From Octopus bimaculoides (taxonomy: Eukaryota): 56,680 nt of DNA. Every line of letters begins with the position of its first letter. The stretch's first letter is position 1. Below the pieces are notes generated by a model that was not told the DNA's origin, searched no databases, and saw only the letters and a list, made by a program, of their open reading frames with translations. Shown here piece after piece: positions 50,961 to 56,680 of this stretch. A program made the translations under genes and the position numbers. The DNA lies in the NCBI RefSeq assembly GCF_001194135.2, contig NC_068986.1:57728393-57785072 (forward strand). The letters run 5' to 3'.

Positions 50961-51583
50961 CTTTTTTTATATAATAACCCAATCGAGAAATCGTCGGTTT
51001 TCAAGCTAAAGTGGTGTCCTTATATGGAACACCCACCCGATCATGTAGATATGAAGCTATTTGTAGTTGCCAAACAGACAAATCATGATAGTGAGATAAG
51101 AAGTCAATGACTTAAATGTTTGCATTTTTTCTCAATTCACACTGATATAACCTTTCGTTAGAGGTGCGCAGTAAATGGATGAAAGACAAGAAAACTTTAA
51201 CTTCATTTGTAGGCAAGCTGCCGTTTGACAAATTCTTCTGTGTATCTAATAAGTTAGTGACTGCGAACGTTCAGATGAGACGAATCATGCACTGACTTTG
51301 TAAATTAGTGAGAAGGCTCATTAATAAACAAATATTAAAACATGCGCATGCACGCAAAATACCCGAAAGTGATAGGATGATTTCGGGTAGAATGCCTTTG
51401 ATCCTAGGTTTAATCTACCAAAACATCGAGTCATGCCTGGGACAACATGAACAAAATCAAAACTAGTCTCAGAAAATGGAGGTTGAGTGCACTCTCAGCA
51501 TGTCTTTATGTATGTATTTTGTGTGCGTATCTGTGCATGGGGGTTTCTCTGTGAACGCATGAGAGAGAGAGAGAAAGAGAGAG

Positions 51584-51659
<76 letters not shown>

Positions 51660-53462
51660 GAATGTATGTTTCAAAGTACAATCTACCAATCACTTAGGAT
51701 TACTTGACAATGGATTCAGACTTTAATTCTTGAATGCAGTGAAGTCTGTCGTGAAGGAGTCTGTTCCATATTCAACGTATAACAACAAACAGGCAGACAT
51801 CACCAAGAGGATACCTTATTCAGTTCTGGGGAATAATGTACCTTTTACTCAATATCATCGCATCATAAAGACCAGATTATATGAAGTAGATTTCACCGCG
51901 TGGAATTTTGCTTCAACTATCCTGGCTGTCGCCAGCAACAATATTAACACCAACAATATTTCTGCAGCTATGAGCTATTGAAAATGGCGCAAGTAATCTG
52001 TTCACTTCACTTGGTCTTTTCTTTTAACCCAGAACTTATTACTGTGCAACTAAGAAATCTATGAACATCTTTATATCGATTTTATGACGCGGTTAAAGAA
52101 TTACTGGCACGAAACCAGTCCACAGTTACACGATTTCGATATCAGGCATCATCCACACAAACATACAAATAAATAGAATGTGCCATAGAATGTTTTGATG
52201 ATTTTGCTGTTGTTAAGCCCTAGGTTAACACTGGCTAAGCATTGCTATGATCAAAAGTGTTCCAGACGTAATCATTCCCTCTACTATTTAATTATAGTGT
52301 ATCTAGAACAACACTATACAATTTATTCCTTTTTTTATTTTATTTTATTTATTATTTCTTTTGTAATATAGTAGGGTGTAGCCTGAAGGAAATGTGGCTG
52401 CTATTTCTAGTTGCTGACTGTTGTAGAAGTTATTTATATATCTTCCGAAGTAATGTTCTCATGTGTAGAGTCAATTTATTATTGAGAGATGCATGCACCA
52501 TGCATCGTAAAAAAGAACTTAACATCTTCAGTAGAAATCAGAGAATTTTCTGTAAGATTAAAATCATATAACAATTTATACCAAGACAATTATTATAGTC
52601 CCTTGCCTATTTCGCCTTTTATACAGCTTAACTACAAAACACAATTCGTGACTCAAATGTGGAAGTAAGATTCATATAGCGTAATCTTTATCCAATACAA
52701 CCTTTCCTTAGTAAGCTGTTATATGTATTTTTTTCGTTTTTTTAGATCGTGGTAAGTTTAGATCCAACTAACACAGGATCTAAAGCGTTTCAATAATGCC
52801 TATCACATTATTTCTATATGCATCAATCTATATTCCTACCGTCAAAACAGTAATGTGTAACCAAGAGATTTTGGTGGCTACTCGTAGCAAGTCCAAACTG
52901 TTGCGTAGAGACACTGTCATTGGCTCGTCTATGCAGTGTACATTTGTGAGAGGAAAATCAAAATTTTAATAAATTCAAGCGACAAAAATTAATGCATCAA
53001 AACTTGTATTCCAAGTGATTATAGGATTTTTTCCTCTTCAATAAAAGAAACATTATAATTAAATATAAATATTTTAGATTTCTGAAAATTAATGCCTACA
53101 TTATAAATTTATAATAATACTCAATAAATATTTGGTGTGACATTTTTTCGAAAATTCACAACAAAATGTTACGGAATTAATCTTGCGAGTCTTGTCATTT
53201 TTACGATAGTTTGATCCTTAAAATGTTATTGAATAAAATAAGTAAAAATAATTCTGGAGAAATTTTCTGATTTTCTTCTTTATTTTATTAAATATATTAC
53301 ATCAGTTCCTAACACAGCAATATGGCGTGAGATTAATCCTGTGGCGGTGACATATACTTGCTTGCCTTTAAACTTACAAATACATCATGTTTACATTCAT
53401 TTTACATACATAGATACGTATATACATGGGTGCGTGTATGCGTGTGTGAGTATGTGTGTATG

Positions 53463-53510
<48 letters not shown>

Positions 53511-53789
53511 GTCAAATCAAAGATAAAAACAGGACAAAAAACAAAATCCAAGAGAACAACGCGGTTAATGTTTTAGATTGTCGCTCAGAGAATGTTTGAG
53601 ACGGAAAAAAAGGAGGATGTGATATTTCGAGCATAGCTCTTTACCAAAAGATAGAAAGAAGGAACAGCCAGAGAGAAGGAAAGGAATAGTCTGAGAAAAG
53701 TATCGTTATGTAAGTGAAAAATAACTGACCGGAAGTGGAGAGAGAGATAGAGAAAGTGTATGTAGGTGTGTAGTAGTATCTGGGTGCGT

Positions 53790-54275
53790 GAGTGCTTCTA
53801 CCATACTTTGCTCCAGACGGCTTGGTATGTATCCAGCTACCCCAATAATAATAGGTACGAAACTGAAAGTGTATCTTGGGAAACTGGATTTTTTATCAAT
53901 AATCCAAATATGTCCTCTTTCTCTTGTATTTTTCTAACCACATTGGTGTCCAGACTGCAGCTGATTTCCACAAGAGAACATATGTTTTCCCTGTGGTCCT
54001 ACACAACAATTTTAGGTAGGTTGTGTTGGTGGGTGTTTTAATTATTAAGTTCCACCAATGTTCATGTGACCCTTCGTCTGTAATGTTGTTATCCGTTTCC
54101 ATACTGTTCTGGCCAGCGCATCATGCCACATGGGAAGATAATATCTGGAACACATTCTCTCGCAGTTGGCAATAATGTGGTTAATGTCTTCAATCTTGGT
54201 CTTGCACAGCCTACATTTGTTATCAAGTTACTTGATGGGGGATATCGTGTTCTTGAATTGCATGGGGTAAACTTA
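53790..54275 (-). mobile_element. R4/Dong-like (RLE-bearing) non-LTR retrotransposon 3' relic
   Basis: Minus strand HAIQEHDIP, CCHC knuckle DNKCRLCKTKIEDINHIIANC..YYLPMWHDALARTVW, HWWN, QHNLPKIVV*D..ICSLVEISCSLDTNVVRKIQEKE (PD..E..K-type nuclease), FSFVPIIIGVAGYIP. Confidence 0.82.
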
Positions 54276-54511
54276 GAAGTCGGATGTCATAAACTTTTCG
54301 ATACTCTATGCTAAGCCTTAACATGATTATTTCCTTTTATGGTTAGCCTTTTTTTTTTTGTTTGAAGGTGATGAGGAACTGGTCCATCTTTTAATTTTGT
54401 TCTGATACATACATTTTTACCAATGCTCCTTGGAGAGAAATATGTATTAGCTCTTATTTCATACCGATCCTCAAGTTCATCAGCAATCCTAGATGCATGT
54501 ATGTGTTTATA

Positions 54512-54565
<54 letters not shown>

Positions 54566-54609
54566 TGTGTGTGTGTGCGTGTGCGCACACGCGTGTTTCT
54601 TACTGCTTA

Positions 54610-54850
54610 TCTTTCGTATCTTCGCTCCAAGAAGCGGAACTCCTGTTCTTTGGACTCTTCCATTAACTCATCTGTTGTAAAGAGGCAATCAGCTTGATAC
54701 ACCAACATTGGAGTGCCTCGACTTCTGTGAGTTTGAGGCTGTGCGGGGGCCATAATTGTGAAGAGTAGGCCTAGCAACTGAAAACAAATTTTCTCCACAG
54801 GACCGAGACAGTTACTTTTCTTCTTCTTCTCAATGACACCAGAATCTAAC
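54610..54850 (-). mobile_element. CR1/L2-type LINE post-RT C-terminal relic
   Basis: LWRKFVFSC*AYSSQLWPPHSLKLTEVEALQCWCIKLIASLQQMS*W, then frameshift FRFLERRYER; compare consensus DYCSQLWSP..LE.IQR.FTK.I..YWERL..LERRRER. Confidence 0.7.
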
Positions 54851-54886
54851 TCACCAGTCAAGTGCACATTATTGCCTCCTTAGTAA

Positions 54887-55023
54887 GGCGGCGAGCTGGA
54901 AGAAACGTTAGCACGCCAGGCGAAATGCTTAGCGGTATTTCGTTTGTCTTTATGTTCTGAGTTCAATTTCCACTGAGGTCGACTCTGCCTTTTATCCTTT
55001 CGGGGTTGATAAATTAAGTACCA
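54887..55023 (+). mobile_element. SINE (GGCGGCGAGCTGGCAG family), well conserved, 3' truncated
   Basis: GGCGGCGAGCTGGAAGAAACGTTAGCACGCCAGGCGAAATGCTTAGCGGTATTTCG..GAGTTCAATTTCCACTGAGGTCGACTCTGCCTTTTATCCTTTCGGGGTTGATAAATTAAGTACCA. Confidence 0.85.
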
Positions 55024-55076
55024 TTATTTACATTATTTATATTTGACGGATATTTGTCCTCATCTTGTTTGTTGTT

Positions 55077-55122
55077 AACATAACGTTTCGGCTGATATAC
55101 TCTCCTCTCTTCATCAGGTGTC
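55077..55122 (-). ncRNA. Minimal type-I hammerhead ribozyme motif (core intact, stems partly decayed), probably from a Penelope-like terminus
   Basis: Minus strand: GACAC-CTGATGA-AGAGAGGAGAGTATATCAGCC-GAAACGTT-ATGTT. CUGAUGA and GAAA cores are intact and AACGTT is palindromic. Confidence 0.55.
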
Positions 55123-56646
55123 TTGGGGAAATTTCGAACCTGGATTCTCATTACTAAGGTATTTTTCTATGTTGTTATTATTATTATTATTGTTGTTGTT
55201 GTTGTTGTTGTTGTTTTTGAGTGAGAGAGCAGGGCATGCCATCAAAGTGACAGTGGGATAAAATATACGAAGCCCAGTATACCCATCATGACTACCCGTC
55301 TGATAGGGGTAAACCAGGCACATGCATCACAACCATATGTGCGCGAGGTTCTACTGTAATATGATGTAATATATTTGGACATAATCCAGGTTATGCCAAA
55401 TTCATTTTTTTTTCTCTTTTCCGTTTATCAATCATTTGTATCTACACATACATACATATATATGTGTATATATGTGTGTATATATATATATATATATAAA
55501 TATAGCCTACACTTACATTAACCCGGTATCCCGGTCTCTGAGGTATTTAGTGACTGAAAATAAAGGTTTCAGTCCGGAAATCGACCTTGCAACCATACNN
55601 NNNNNNNNNNNNNNNNNNNNNNNNNNNNNNNNNNNNNNNNNNNNNNNNNNNNNNNNNNNNNNNNNNNNNNNNNNNNNNNNNNNNNNNNNNNNNNNNNNNN
55701 NNNNNNNNNNNNNNNNNNNNNNNNNNNNNNNNNNNNNNNNNNNNNNNNNNNNNNNNNNNNNNNNNNNNNNNNNNNNNNNNNNNNNNNNNNNNNNNNNNNN
55801 NNNNNNNNNNNNNNNNNNNNNNNNNNNNNNNNNNNNNNNNNNNNNNNNNNNNNNNNNNNNNNNNNNNNNNNNNNNNNNNNNNNNNNNNNNNNNNNNNNNN
55901 NNNNNNNNNNNNNNNNNNNNNNNNNNNNNNNNNNNNNNNNNNNNNNNNNNNNTATATATATATATATATATCGTTGTCTAAGATTGTTTAGAAGTCAATT
56001 ATTCCACTAATCATTGAAATAGTTTCACTTCTGTCGATTCCTTTTGATTCTCTTTTCAATTAATGACGTCTTCTGCGCTAGTTAACATCATTAAGTAATA
56101 ATCTTCTTTTAACGCACGCTTCTTCTCGATTCATCTTATCAATTTTCCATGCTTGAGATTTTTTCTTACTTTTATTATTATTATTTGCAGTGAACAGAAA
56201 AGCTTTTTATCTATATGGCTATAACATTTAGATATGAAAACGGAAGAAATAACGATTAGGTAACACGTCTGCTCAAAATGGGTCCTCCTTTCTTCTTTCT
56301 TCTTTCATAAGCGAACTTTCGCGGAACATCAGAGGGAAATATTGAATACTAGCAAGCATATTTATATAGAGTTAACCGGAATGTTGAGCCGGAAATAGAT
56401 ACATAGAGGAAATATAAACCACGCGTTTGTCACTTGGTCGGATTTGTCGTTTATGTAATGTCTAATCGATCCAATATTATACTTCTTTATATATATATAC
56501 ATATATGTGTGTATGTGTGTGTGTATGCGTGCGTGTGCGTGTGTGTATCATTTGTGAGTTTGAGCTTATGAGTTCCATCATTTCTACACTCATATATATG
56601 TGCCTATAACAAATAAGAGACGATGTATATGCTGACATGTTATGTA

Positions 56647-56680
<34 letters not shown>

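Noticed and set aside
51700-52000. 83-aa plus ORF and a minus-strand IWNRL..FK (CR1-like 3' end)
   Set aside because: Neither reading has enough motif support; left unassigned.

Overview
This is AT-rich eukaryotic draft-genome sequence with about 14 N-gaps and very dense microsatellites. The SINE families and repeat landscape resemble a coleoid cephalopod (Octopus-like); that is my recognition and is not verified. I found no host protein-coding exon, rRNA, true tRNA or CRISPR array. Almost every ORF in the supplied track is a gap or microsatellite artefact, or a piece of a decayed transposon. By hand translation across stops and frameshifts, the window is a transposon graveyard. DNA transposons: three mariner relics (one with both TIRs and TA TSD, DD34D), three maT/DD37D Tc1-mariner copies, a ~2 kb Helitron relic with its CTAG 3' end, and a hAT/Buster 3' fragment. 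Retroelements: a Penelope-like GIY-YIG element with inverted termini, RTE, CR1/L2 and R4/Dong LINE fragments, and many tRNA-derived SINEs. The most unusual structure is at 10.65-14.0 kb. Two (possibly three) apparently ORF1-only non-LTR units sit head-to-tail at the same position inside a tRNA-derived SINE head, with a 16-bp target-site duplication. This suggests a site-specific element that parasitises the SINE or a tRNA. Also notable are several hammerhead-ribozyme relics and three long fold-back hairpins.
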